From NCBI GenBank assembly GCA_034423035.1, contig DAOUJF010000010.1, positions 20,594-84,593 of the forward strand: a DNA stretch of 64,000 nucleotides. Reading direction: 5' to 3'. The stretch comes from Dehalococcoidia bacterium (GTDB taxonomy: Bacteria; Chloroflexota; Dehalococcoidia; Lucifugimonadales; VXLM01). A program made the translations under genes and the position numbers. The notes beneath the pieces are model-generated. The model had not been told where the DNA came from. It saw nothing but the letters and a program-made list of their open reading frames with translations, and made no database searches. Every line of letters starts with the position of its first letter. The stretch's first letter is position 1. Positions 30,969 to 39,013 of this stretch are shown here, piece after piece.

Positions 30969-30988
30969 ATGCGTGAAGGAGCACTCGA

Positions 30989-32050
30989 ATGCTAGAGACC
31001 AAGACAAGGGACGTTAACGTGCTAAAGACGGAGAAGCTGATTCCTCCGGCGGAACTCATCGAGGACCTGCCGACCACCCCCAACGCGAAGCGGACGGTCG
31101 TCGAAGGACGGCGCGCGATCCAGGCGATTCTGGAAGGCGAGGACTCCCGGTTCCTCGTCATTACGGGTCCGTGCTCGATCCACGACGAGAGCGCCGCTCT
31201 CGAATATGCGCGGCGGCTGTACGACCTGAACCAAAAGTACGCCGACCGAATGCTCGTCGTCATGCGCGCCTACTTCGAGAAGCCGCGCACGACAGTCGGT
31301 TGGAAGGGACTTCTCTACGATCCGCACCTGAACGACACCTTCGACATTACGTCAGGACTCCGCAAGGGAAGAAGGCTCCTGCTGGACGTCGCGGAGATGG
31401 GCCTGCCGTCGGCAACCGAGTTCCTCGATCCCATAGTGCCCCAGTACCTTGCCGATCTCATTAGCTGGGTGGCTATAGGCGCACGCACGACCGAGAGCCA
31501 GACCCACCGCCAGATGGCAAGCGGCCTCAGTATGCCGGTCGGCTTTAAGAACGGCACCGACGGCAATACCAAGATCGCCGTCGACGCCATCGTGTCCGCC
31601 CAGGCGCGACACGGTTTTCTCGGCATCGACCAATCGGGCCGCACCGCCGTCATCCACACGACCGGCAACCCCTACGGACACCTCGTCCTGCGAGGCGCGA
31701 ACGACGGCCCGAACTTCGATCCCGGCTCCGTCGCCTCGGCCAAGCGGCAGCTCGAAAGCGGCGGCGCTGCCCCCCATCTCGTCGTCGACTGCAGCCACGG
31801 CAACTGCAACAAGGACTATACCAAGATGCACGAGGCATTCGAGAGCGTCGTCCAGCAGCGAGTCGACGGAAACGATGGCGTCATCGGCGCCATGCTCGAA
31901 AGCAACCTCAACCCCGGAAGCCAGAAGATCAACGGCGACTTCTCCAAGCTGGAGTACGGAGTCTCCATTACCGACCCCTGCATCGGCTGGCAGGAGACCG
32001 AAACCCTGCTCGGCTGGGCATACGAGCGGCTGGGGAACGACTCTCACTAG
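30989..32050 (+). CDS. aroG: 3-deoxy-7-phosphoheptulonate (DAHP) synthase, class I (AroG/F/H type)
   Basis: LIPPAELIEDLP..GEDSRFLVITGPCSIHDESAALEYARRL is collinear with E. coli AroG. GAAGGA lies 8 nt upstream of the ATG. Confidence 0.92.
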   Translation: MLETKTRDVNVLKTEKLIPPAELIEDLPTTPNAKRTVVEGRRAIQAILEGEDSRFLVITGPCSIHDESAALEYARRLYDLNQKYADRMLVVMRAYFEKPRTTVGWKGLLYDPHLNDTFDITSGLRKGRRLLLDVAEMGLPSATEFLDPIVPQYLADLISWVAIGARTTESQTHRQMASGLSMPVGFKNGTDGNTKIAVDAIVSAQARHGFLGIDQSGRTAVIHTTGNPYGHLVLRGANDGPNFDPGSVASAKRQLESGGAAPHLVVDCSHGNCNKDYTKMHEAFESVVQQRVDGNDGVIGAMLESNLNPGSQKINGDFSKLEYGVSITDPCIGWQETETLLGWAYERLGNDSH

Positions 32051-32130
32051 ATCGTGACGCTCGTCTCGACTACTCAGGAACTATCTCAAAATTCCCATCG
32101 AAGACTACTGAATAGAAAAACGGAAGCGGA

Positions 32131-32170
32131 AAACACGTTCGCCCTGAGCCTGTCGAAGGGCAATTCAACA
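32131..32170 (+). repeat. REP-like element, family B
   Basis: aaacacgttcgccctgagcctgtcgaagggcaattcaaca, near-identical to 33823-33863. Confidence 0.75.
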
Positions 32171-32249
32171 ACAAGCCTGAGAGTCTTGGGATAACCTCTT
32201 GGGATGGGCGGCCACATCAAATTCCTGTGATACACTCCCACAACCTGAA

Positions 32250-32972
32250 ATGACCGACCAAGAACCGCCAACAGAGACCGAGCGAAGCCCCGGACGCATA
32301 AGCGTCCTGTGGGGCATCACCGACGCCTTGATCGGTTTCGCCATCGTCGTCTGCGGCAGCTTGGTCTCCCTGCTTGCGTTGGGACGACTGCTCGGCTCAT
32401 TGGAACGACAGACCGACGGGGTAACCACCGTCGTCCTGTTTCTGCTCCAAGTCCTCATGTTCGCCACAGTCTGGCTCCTAGCAGTCAAGTGGCGGGGCGC
32501 GAGCCTGAGCAGCCTGGGCATGGGAACGAGCGGTCTCCACTGGCCCAAGATCATCGGATGGGCGGTGCTGGCGCTGGGACTGAGCATTGTCGCCGGCGTT
32601 GCCTACCAACTCATCGTGGCAGGCTTGGGCATCGACTCATTGGAGCCTTCCCCAGTACCCGAACGACTGCTGGGGGAGGGAGCCGTTCGAGCATTCACGG
32701 TCGGCATCCTCGTCGTCGTTGGCCCCCTCGCGGAGGAGGTCTTCTTCCGAGGGTTCCTGCTCTCCGCATTTGTGCAGGGCATCGGGATGCTGCCCGGCCT
32801 CATCGTCGCATCAGCGATATTCGCCGTCGCCCACGGTGACCTCGCCGTCCTCCTGCCAACCTTCGCCAGCGGAGCAATTCTCTCCTGGCTGTACCTCCGA
32901 ACACGCTCGCTCTGGCCGGGCTTCCTCGCCCACGCGGGCCAGAATAGCCTCGCAGTGACATTCGCCGCATGA
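32250..32972 (+). CDS. CPBP-family intramembrane glutamic endopeptidase (CAAX protease-like)
   Basis: EEVFFRGFLL and FAVAHG motifs, polytopic. ATG 32250 (alternative TTG 32199). The stop overlaps the trpA start (ATGA). Confidence 0.75.
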   Translation: MTDQEPPTETERSPGRISVLWGITDALIGFAIVVCGSLVSLLALGRLLGSLERQTDGVTTVVLFLLQVLMFATVWLLAVKWRGASLSSLGMGTSGLHWPKIIGWAVLALGLSIVAGVAYQLIVAGLGIDSLEPSPVPERLLGEGAVRAFTVGILVVVGPLAEEVFFRGFLLSAFVQGIGMLPGLIVASAIFAVAHGDLAVLLPTFASGAILSWLYLRTRSLWPGFLAHAGQNSLAVTFAA

Positions 32973-33769
32973 CCGTCTCAAATCGACTCGACCAGACGCT
33001 CAGCAAGGCCCGCGCCGAGGGCAGGAACGTCCTTTCCCCGTACATTACCGTGGGATTCCCGGATGTCCTCACGTCCGTCGATATCGCAGAGGCAATCTTG
33101 AAAAACGGCGGCGACCTGCTGGAAATCGGCGTCCCCTTCAGCGACCCCATGGCCGACGGTCCCACGGTGCAGAAGACGAGCTTCCACGCCCTTCAACACG
33201 ACGTCAGTGTGGGGACGTGCCTTGACGTTGTCCGGCAGCTCCGGTCGAGAGGTATCGAGTCACCGCTCATGCTCATGGGCTACTGCAACCCGTTCCTCAA
33301 GTACGGCCTTAGAGATCTAGTGCGAGATGCGGCGGACGCCGGCGTCGATGGGCTGATTGTCCCCGATCTCCCGCCGGAGGAATCGACGGAACTGGAGGCG
33401 CTCTGCGCTGAGAACAACATCCACCAGATACACTTCGTCGCCCTCACCAGCACCGACGAGCGAATCGAGTACATATCCAGTCACGCGAGCGGCTTCATCT
33501 ACTGCGTTGCGGTACTGGGAGTTACCGGCGCGCGCCAGGATATCCGCTCCGACGTCGCCGAGCTCGTGGGACGAGTGAGGCAGCACACGGACGTGCCTGT
33601 CATCCAGGGATTCGGTGTCTCCAGCAAGGAGCACATCGACGCCATCGCGACCTACGCCGACGGCGCAATCGTCGCCAGTGCCATGTTCGACGCCATAGAA
33701 CACGCTTCTGCCGACCAAAAAGTACAGGCCGCCGTCGACTTCGTCAAAGGACTTAAGGGCCGCCGGTAA
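32969..33769 (+). CDS. trpA: tryptophan synthase alpha chain
   Basis: ITVGFPD....LE.GVPFSDP.ADGPT.Q, GVDGLIVPDLP, GFGVS; 266 aa. No trpB in the window. Confidence 0.92.
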   Translation: MTVSNRLDQTLSKARAEGRNVLSPYITVGFPDVLTSVDIAEAILKNGGDLLEIGVPFSDPMADGPTVQKTSFHALQHDVSVGTCLDVVRQLRSRGIESPLMLMGYCNPFLKYGLRDLVRDAADAGVDGLIVPDLPPEESTELEALCAENNIHQIHFVALTSTDERIEYISSHASGFIYCVAVLGVTGARQDIRSDVAELVGRVRQHTDVPVIQGFGVSSKEHIDAIATYADGAIVASAMFDAIEHASADQKVQAAVDFVKGLKGRR

Positions 33770-33822
33770 ACCCTCTCAAACCGAATCTGAATCACTAAGA
33801 GACCACCAACTCTACACAATGG

Positions 33823-33863
33823 AAACCACGTTCGCCCTGAGCCTGTCGAAGGGCAGTTCAACA
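33823..33863 (+). repeat. REP-like element, family B
   Basis: aaaccacgttcgccctgagcctgtcgaagggcagttcaaca. Confidence 0.75.
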
Positions 33864-33914
33864 CCGATACGAAGAGTTTTGAGATAGTTTCAAAGCACTG
33901 ATTTCTACGAACCA

Positions 33915-34283
33915 ATGGCAAAGATACGAGGCATACGCGGCGCCACAATCGCCGACGACAACACCCAGCAGTCCATCCTCGAAGCGACAGTCGAACTCCT
34001 CACGGTCTTGGTCGAGTCGAATGAGGTCGAGGTGGACGACATCGCGGCGGCCTACTTCACCACGACCCAGGACCTGAATGCCGAGTTCCCCGCCGCAGCC
34101 GCCCGGCAGCTTGGATGGCAGTACGTTGCCCTCCTCTGCGCCCATGAGATGCAGGTGCCCAACGCCATGGATCGAGTGATCCGCGTGATGCTCCTCGTCA
34201 ATACCGACAGAGAAGCCTCGGAAATCGAGTTCCAGTACCTCCGAGGCGCCGACGCCCTCCGCAAGCGCGTCGTAGAAACATAG
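33915..34283 (+). CDS. aroH: chorismate mutase, AroH class
   Basis: MAKIRGIRGATIADDNT....I..AT.ELL; 122 aa, typical monofunctional AroH-type CM. Confidence 0.85.
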   Translation: MAKIRGIRGATIADDNTQQSILEATVELLTVLVESNEVEVDDIAAAYFTTTQDLNAEFPAAAARQLGWQYVALLCAHEMQVPNAMDRVIRVMLLVNTDREASEIEFQYLRGADALRKRVVET

Positions 34284-34322
34284 TCGCCCACCGCACCGAC
34301 TCGCCGACCGGAGAAAAATGCC

Positions 34323-35543
34323 ATGAAAGACTGGGACCTCCAAACCCTCTTCGACCGTGGAATGCTCGAAGACGCCATCGTCCGCGATGAGCTGTTCAAC
34401 GACATCGCCAACGGCAAGCGGCTCACCATCTACCAGGGGTTCGACCCGACCAGCCCAAACATGCACATCGGCCATCTGGTGGGCCTTCGTGTTCTCAGGT
34501 GGTTCCAGCTTCACGGCCATCACCTCATTCTCCTGATCGGCGACTTCACCGGACGCATAGGCGATCCCTCCGACCGCCCGGAGGCCCGCAAGCGCCTCAC
34601 CCACGCCGAAGTCCTCGAAAACGCCGAGACCTACAGCGAACAGTTCTCCAGGATATTCGATCTCGATGGCGAAAACCCCGCGGAGATCCGGTTCAACGGA
34701 CACTGGCTCGACAACATCACTCTATCCCAGTTCGTCGAGATCATGGACAAGTTCACCGTCCAGCAGCTTCTCGAACGCAGCATGTTCCAGGAGCGCCTGA
34801 AGAACCAGGAGGCGCTCTACCTGAACGAGATGATCTATCCCATCCTGCAGGGGTACGACTCCGTGGCGATGGAGGTGGATGCAGAGCTTGGCGGATCGGA
34901 CCAGCTATTCAATATGATGCGGGGCCGCGACCTCGTGGAGTCGTATCTGGGTAAGACCAAGCACGTGCTCACTACGCAGCTTCTGGAAGGCCTCGACGGT
35001 CGCAAGATGAGCAAGACCTACGGCAACACGGTCGACCAGACGGAAGACCCCGTGCCCATGTTCTTCAAGCTCACGCTCGTCCAGGACTCCAAGCTGCCGC
35101 GCTTCATGCAGGTCCTCACCGACCGCACGGACGACGAGATAGCCGCCATCGAGGAGCGCGCCAAGACCGAGCACAACATGATCGACGCCCGGCAGCAGTT
35201 CGCCCACGACATAGTGTCGATGCTCCATTCCGTCGAAGCGGCAGACGAGGCCCAGCGCGAGTTCGAGCGAGTCGTCAACGAGGGCGAGCTGCCCTCCGAC
35301 ATCCCCGACCTTCACGTTTCCCCCGACACCCACCGCGACGATGGCGTCGGAGTCGTCGACCTCCTGGCCCTCAGCGACTTGGTGCAGAGCAAGAGCGACG
35401 CCCGCCGCCTCGTTCAGCAGGGCGGCATCCGCATCAACGGCGAGATGATCGAAGACCCGCGCTCATCCATTTCCGCATCAAGACTGGCCGGAGCGCTCGT
35501 CAAAATCGGAAAACGAGGCTACGTCCGCGTCAGGGTAGGGTAG
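34323..35543 (+). CDS. tyrS: tyrosyl-tRNA synthetase
   Basis: GFDPTSPNMHIGHLV (HIGH), KMSKT (KMSKS), C-terminal S4 domain; 406 aa. Confidence 0.95.
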   Translation: MKDWDLQTLFDRGMLEDAIVRDELFNDIANGKRLTIYQGFDPTSPNMHIGHLVGLRVLRWFQLHGHHLILLIGDFTGRIGDPSDRPEARKRLTHAEVLENAETYSEQFSRIFDLDGENPAEIRFNGHWLDNITLSQFVEIMDKFTVQQLLERSMFQERLKNQEALYLNEMIYPILQGYDSVAMEVDAELGGSDQLFNMMRGRDLVESYLGKTKHVLTTQLLEGLDGRKMSKTYGNTVDQTEDPVPMFFKLTLVQDSKLPRFMQVLTDRTDDEIAAIEERAKTEHNMIDARQQFAHDIVSMLHSVEAADEAQREFERVVNEGELPSDIPDLHVSPDTHRDDGVGVVDLLALSDLVQSKSDARRLVQQGGIRINGEMIEDPRSSISASRLAGALVKIGKRGYVRVRVG

Positions 35544-35636
35544 GGCTGTGAAAATCCCCTCTCCCGTCGTGGGCTGACAGGGGTATGTATTTGACTATCA
35601 GCCACTCTCCATGAACCTGCAAGCAACCCCTTGACT

Positions 35637-35677
35637 GTCATTCTGAGCGCAGCGGAGCGGAGTCGAAGAATCTAAAA
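35637..35677 (+). repeat. REP-like hairpin, family A' (GTCATTC.GA..GAATC type), inside MITE
   Basis: gtcattctgagcgcagcggagcggagtcgaagaatctaaaa. Inverted partner at 35780-35811. Confidence 0.7.
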
Positions 35678-35779
35678 TGTTTGTCACAACGTAAAGCTGA
35701 CACGGCAAATTCTTACCCGGTTTGACTGTCGGTCATGATGAGAATCGTTGCACTGGCTGTCCGGTCTTGCGGTTATGGA

Positions 35780-35811
35780 TTTTAGATTCCTCGCTAGGCT
35801 CGGAATGACAG
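35780..35811 (-). repeat. REP-like hairpin, family A', inverted partner inside MITE
   Basis: ttttagattcctcgctaggctcggaatgacag. Confidence 0.7.
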
Positions 35812-35880
35812 GGTTGCGGTGGTCGGATCATAGCTGCAATCCCATTTTACATACCCCTGTCAGCCCGTCGTGGGAGAGGG

Positions 35881-36249
35881 CTAGGGTGAGGGCGGCTTCT
35901 CCGTAGCACGCTCTTTCTGGACAATGATTTCCAGTTGTTCGATCAAACGAGGCAGGTCGTCGTGAACTATGGTCCAGAGGCGATCAAAGTCAACTGAGTC
36001 ATAGCCGTGTATTAGTCGGTTGCGTAAGTCCGTGATGTCGCGCCATGGTCTCTGTGAGTATCGTGAACGAAAGTCTTCAGGGACTCGTCCAGCCGCCTCA
36101 CCAATGACCTCCAGCAATCTCACTAGGGCAAGATTCAGCATTCGATTGCTGTCGATGTCGGCTCGCGAACGGCCACGGAGCATGTCAACCGCTTCCCGCG
36201 CCCGCTCAAGCATGTGCTGGACTCGAACTAGAGGGTCATCCCTGGGCAT
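35881..36249 (-). CDS. hepT: HepT (DUF86) RNase-type toxin
   Basis: RNRLIHGYDSVDFDRLW (Rx4HxY motif). ATG 36249 (alternative GTG 36267) overlaps the mntA 3' end. Confidence 0.8.
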   Translation of the reverse strand: MPRDDPLVRVQHMLERAREAVDMLRGRSRADIDSNRMLNLALVRLLEVIGEAAGRVPEDFRSRYSQRPWRDITDLRNRLIHGYDSVDFDRLWTIVHDDLPRLIEQLEIIVQKERATEKPPSP

Positions 36250-36538
36250 AGACCACCAGGGATTCACTGAGTACGAGATGCCGGAAGGAAGGGTCTAGAT
36301 CGTTCGCCGTATTCAGGTCCACCTGCCTCCCTATGACCTCGCTAAGCTCTCGTTGCATAGAAAAAAAGGCTAGGCCCGGAGTATGCCCACGCTCGAACTC
36401 CACCAGCACGTCAACATCACTATCAGCCGAGAAGTCGTTTCTCAGCACCGAACCAAACAGTGACAGTTGTCGGATGTGATGCTGCTGGCAGAAGTTCGTA
36501 ATCTCTTCCTGAGGGATGTCGATATTCAGTGTCGTCAT
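36236..36538 (-). CDS. mntA: MntA nucleotidyltransferase antitoxin
   Basis: LSLFGSVLRNDFSADSDVDVLVEF (GS..DxD NTase motif). ORF trimmed to ATG 36538. Confidence 0.8.
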   Translation of the reverse strand: MTTLNIDIPQEEITNFCQQHHIRQLSLFGSVLRNDFSADSDVDVLVEFERGHTPGLAFFSMQRELSEVIGRQVDLNTANDLDPSFRHLVLSESLVVYAQG

Positions 36539-36555
36539 TGTTCTGCCTCCACTCC

Positions 36556-37872
36556 TCACCGAATCCGCAGCATCACCCGCCGTACCGCATCCACTAGAGC
36601 GTCGATCTCCCCCTCCGTCGTCAGCGAGCAAAGAGCCCCTGCCGCCTTCGTCTGCATCAGTATCCCCTCATTGAGCAGACCCGCGAAGAGCTTGCCCTGC
36701 ATCTCGCGATCGGCCCGCAGCACCGAGCGGTAGTCGACGATCCGCTCATCCGTGAAGTGGATGCCGAACAGCGAACCCACACCCGTCACCTGCACTGCTA
36801 TGTCGAGCTCGTCGAACACTGCTCTCAGCTTCGCGCGAAACATATCGCCAAGCGCGTTCATGCGCTCGTACACCTCCGGCGATAGCTGGTCCAGCGTCGC
36901 CAGTCCCGCCACCATCGTCATCGGGTTCGCGTTGAACGTCCCGGCGTGAGAGACCACTGGCGCGTCCGTCGGGTCGTAGAGGTCCATCAGGTCTGCTCGC
37001 CCGCCCCACGCTCCGACCGGCATTCCCCCGCCTATCACCTTCCCGAACGTCGTCATGTCGGGGATGACGCCCATCTGCTCCTGTGCCCCGCCCCGCGATA
37101 GCCGGAAGCTCTGCACCTCGTCGAAGATGAGTATCATCCCCAACTCATTGGTGATGTCTCTCAGAAACGCCAGGTAATCGCCGTCGGCAGCCAGATACCC
37201 GAAGTTCGACAGCACCGGCTCGATGATCACGCAGGACACCTCGTCCTCGTTCTCCCGCAGAATCCGCTCCGTCGACTCGATATCGTTATAGTGCAGCGTG
37301 ACAACGTCCTCGACCACGCTCGGAGGCTGCCCCGGCCACTCGGCAACGCTCGTCGGTTCCACGGGGTCGAGCGTGTCGAGAGGAGTATAGACGCTTACCG
37401 ACACGTACTCGTGGTTCCCGTGGTAGCCGCCCTCGATCTTGGCAATCTTGTGCTTGCCCGTGTACGCGCGGGCAGCGCGGATGGCGTTCAGTGTTCCCTC
37501 GGTGCCCGAGTTCGTGAACCGCACCTTTTCGACCGATGGCACCCGCTCGCACAACTCCTGCGCCAGCCGCACTTGCGATTCGTGCGGCGTGCTGTAGCTC
37601 AGACCGTCTACGGCCTGCTCACGCACCGCATCGACCACCCTGCCATTCGAGTGGCCGAGCACATAGGTCGTCGCGTTCAGCATGAAGTCGAGGTACCGGT
37701 TGCCGTCCACGTCCACGACGTGGTGCCCCTCCGTCCGCTCGACGAAGAACGGATACGGCCCAAAATACGCCGTCCCCCGCGAACTCCCGCCCGGCAGATA
37801 CCGCTCCGCCTCAGCCTGAAGCTCCGCCGACTTCGGCGTCGACGCTACGTAACGATCAACTTCCGAGTCCAT
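36556..37872 (-). CDS. class III aminotransferase, glutamate-1-semialdehyde aminomutase-like
   Basis: ATG 37872; SGTEGT, GGYHG, LIFDEVQSFR, TFGKVIGGG (PLP Lys) pattern of the GSA-AM family. Confidence 0.85.
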   Translation of the reverse strand: MDSEVDRYVASTPKSAELQAEAERYLPGGSSRGTAYFGPYPFFVERTEGHHVVDVDGNRYLDFMLNATTYVLGHSNGRVVDAVREQAVDGLSYSTPHESQVRLAQELCERVPSVEKVRFTNSGTEGTLNAIRAARAYTGKHKIAKIEGGYHGNHEYVSVSVYTPLDTLDPVEPTSVAEWPGQPPSVVEDVVTLHYNDIESTERILRENEDEVSCVIIEPVLSNFGYLAADGDYLAFLRDITNELGMILIFDEVQSFRLSRGGAQEQMGVIPDMTTFGKVIGGGMPVGAWGGRADLMDLYDPTDAPVVSHAGTFNANPMTMVAGLATLDQLSPEVYERMNALGDMFRAKLRAVFDELDIAVQVTGVGSLFGIHFTDERIVDYRSVLRADREMQGKLFAGLLNEGILMQTKAAGALCSLTTEGEIDALVDAVRRVMLRIR

Positions 37873-37956
37873 GCTTTCCCCTTCGTCTACTCTTCCTGAA
37901 ACGTCCCGTCCCCCAACCGTCATTCGTATGAAAGTAACCGACAATCACCCTATACC

Positions 37957-38008
37957 GTCATTCCCGCGAAGAGCCTGTCCCGTACTCCGATACGGGGCGG
38001 GAATCCAT
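37957..38008 (+). repeat. REP-like hairpin, family A, long variant
   Basis: gtcattcccgcgaagagcctgtcccgtactccgatacggggcgggaatccat. Same design as 26535-26588. Confidence 0.75.
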
Positions 38009-38057
38009 CTTTGGGCACTGCCACCAACCGGAGTTACCATGATGAACGCACTCCCTA

Positions 38058-38097
38058 TTTTCTTCCCCTCTGCGCTCTCCGCGCCCTCTGCGGTGAA
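38058..38097 (-). repeat. short dispersed repeat, family D (inverted copy)
   Basis: ttttcttcccctctgcgctctccgcgccctctgcggtgaa, the reverse complement of the type at 1081-1119. Confidence 0.6.
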
Positions 38098-38122
38098 CCC
38101 CCACAATATGCCTATATCACAC

Positions 38123-39001
38123 CTACTCTTCCTGAAACGCCCCATTCGCATCCCGCTTCCTCTGCAACCCCACCAAAACCTCGTTCAAACTCCCCGAACG
38201 AAAACCCTCAAGATCAAGCGTCACATACGAATACCCAATCTCCCGGAACCGCCGAATCACCTTCCGCCGCGTCTCCTCATCCAGCAATACACAAAAATCC
38301 TCGGCGCCAACTTCGATACGCGCGACCGTGTCGTGATGCCGCACCCGAAGCCGCTCGATGCCCAACGACCGAAGATACTCCTCCGCCTCCGCGATCCGCG
38401 CCAGCGCCTCAACCGTTACCGGCGTCCCATACGGGATCCGCGACGACAGGCACGCCTGCGCGGGCTTGTCCCACGTCGGCAGACCCATCACACGAGACCG
38501 CTCGCGTATCTCCGCCTTCGTCAGTCCGACCTCGACCAGTGGACTCCGCACTCCCCGCTTCTTCGCCGAGTTGATGCCCGGCCGAAAGTCCCCCGTGTCG
38601 TCCAGATTGTGCGCGTTGATGATCTGCGAGTACCCCGCTTCCGGCAGGGTAGTGAGGTGCGTGTAAAGCTCTTCCTTGCAGAAGAAGCAGCGATTGGGAT
38701 CGTTGGTGCGGTAGTCGTCCCTCTCCACCTCCGCCGTCTCGATGACGCGATGGTTCAGGCCCAGCAGCGCCGCCACCTGAACCGCCCCCTCGTACTCCGA
38801 CGGAGCGAGACTCGGCGACTTCGCCGTCACCGCCAGCGATGCTTGTCCAAGCACCTCATTCGCCACCGAGGCCAGGAACGTGCTGTCCACACCCCCCGAG
38901 TACGCCACTATCACATGCCCCATCTCGGCTAGAGACGCCTTGAGAGCGGAGAGTTTCTCATCAGTACCTATTTCGGTTGAGGCAACCATGGTATTAACCA
39001 T
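38123..39001 (-). CDS. LarE-like PP-loop ATP pyrophosphatase (TIGR00268-type sulfur transferase family)
   Basis: VIVAYSGGVDSTFLA (PP-loop), NRCFFCK, AQACLSSRIPYG (position of the LarE sacrificial Cys). No larB/larC nearby. 12-nt gap to the upstream gene. Confidence 0.75.
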   Translation of the reverse strand: MVNTMVASTEIGTDEKLSALKASLAEMGHVIVAYSGGVDSTFLASVANEVLGQASLAVTAKSPSLAPSEYEGAVQVAALLGLNHRVIETAEVERDDYRTNDPNRCFFCKEELYTHLTTLPEAGYSQIINAHNLDDTGDFRPGINSAKKRGVRSPLVEVGLTKAEIRERSRVMGLPTWDKPAQACLSSRIPYGTPVTVEALARIAEAEEYLRSLGIERLRVRHHDTVARIEVGAEDFCVLLDEETRRKVIRRFREIGYSYVTLDLEGFRSGSLNEVLVGLQRKRDANGAFQEE

Positions 39002-39013
39002 ACCGCAGTTGCG

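Larger units (their letters stand above)
35571..35866. mobile_element. MITE-like non-autonomous element (296 bp) with 19-bp perfect terminal inverted repeats and GTCGT target-site duplication
   Basis: TIR-L gggctgacaggggtatgta (35571-35589) and TIR-R tacatacccctgtcagccc (35848-35866). Both are flanked by gtcgt (35566-70 and 35867-71). The outer flanks cccctctccc / gggagaggg reconstitute a REP hairpin. No ORF inside. Contains inner family A' repeats. Confidence 0.65.

Noticed and set aside
30781-31017. 78-aa ORF in the aroG upstream region
   Set aside because: Arg/Leu-rich frame running through the terminator hairpin into aroG. The 28-codon Tyr/Phe-rich ORF in another frame, together with the alternative RNA structures, explains the region better.
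34284-34322. T-box or other riboswitch leaders upstream of tyrS, gltX, pheS and thrS
   Set aside because: The tyrS and gltX leaders are too short (under 40 nt). The pheS and thrS leaders lack a recognisable T-box core (GGTGGTACCGCG-like), as far as I can see by eye. A covariance-model scan would be needed to be sure.
33858-34703. 281-aa minus-strand ORF
   Set aside because: Antisense to aroH and the 5' part of tyrS, both strongly supported. No motifs.
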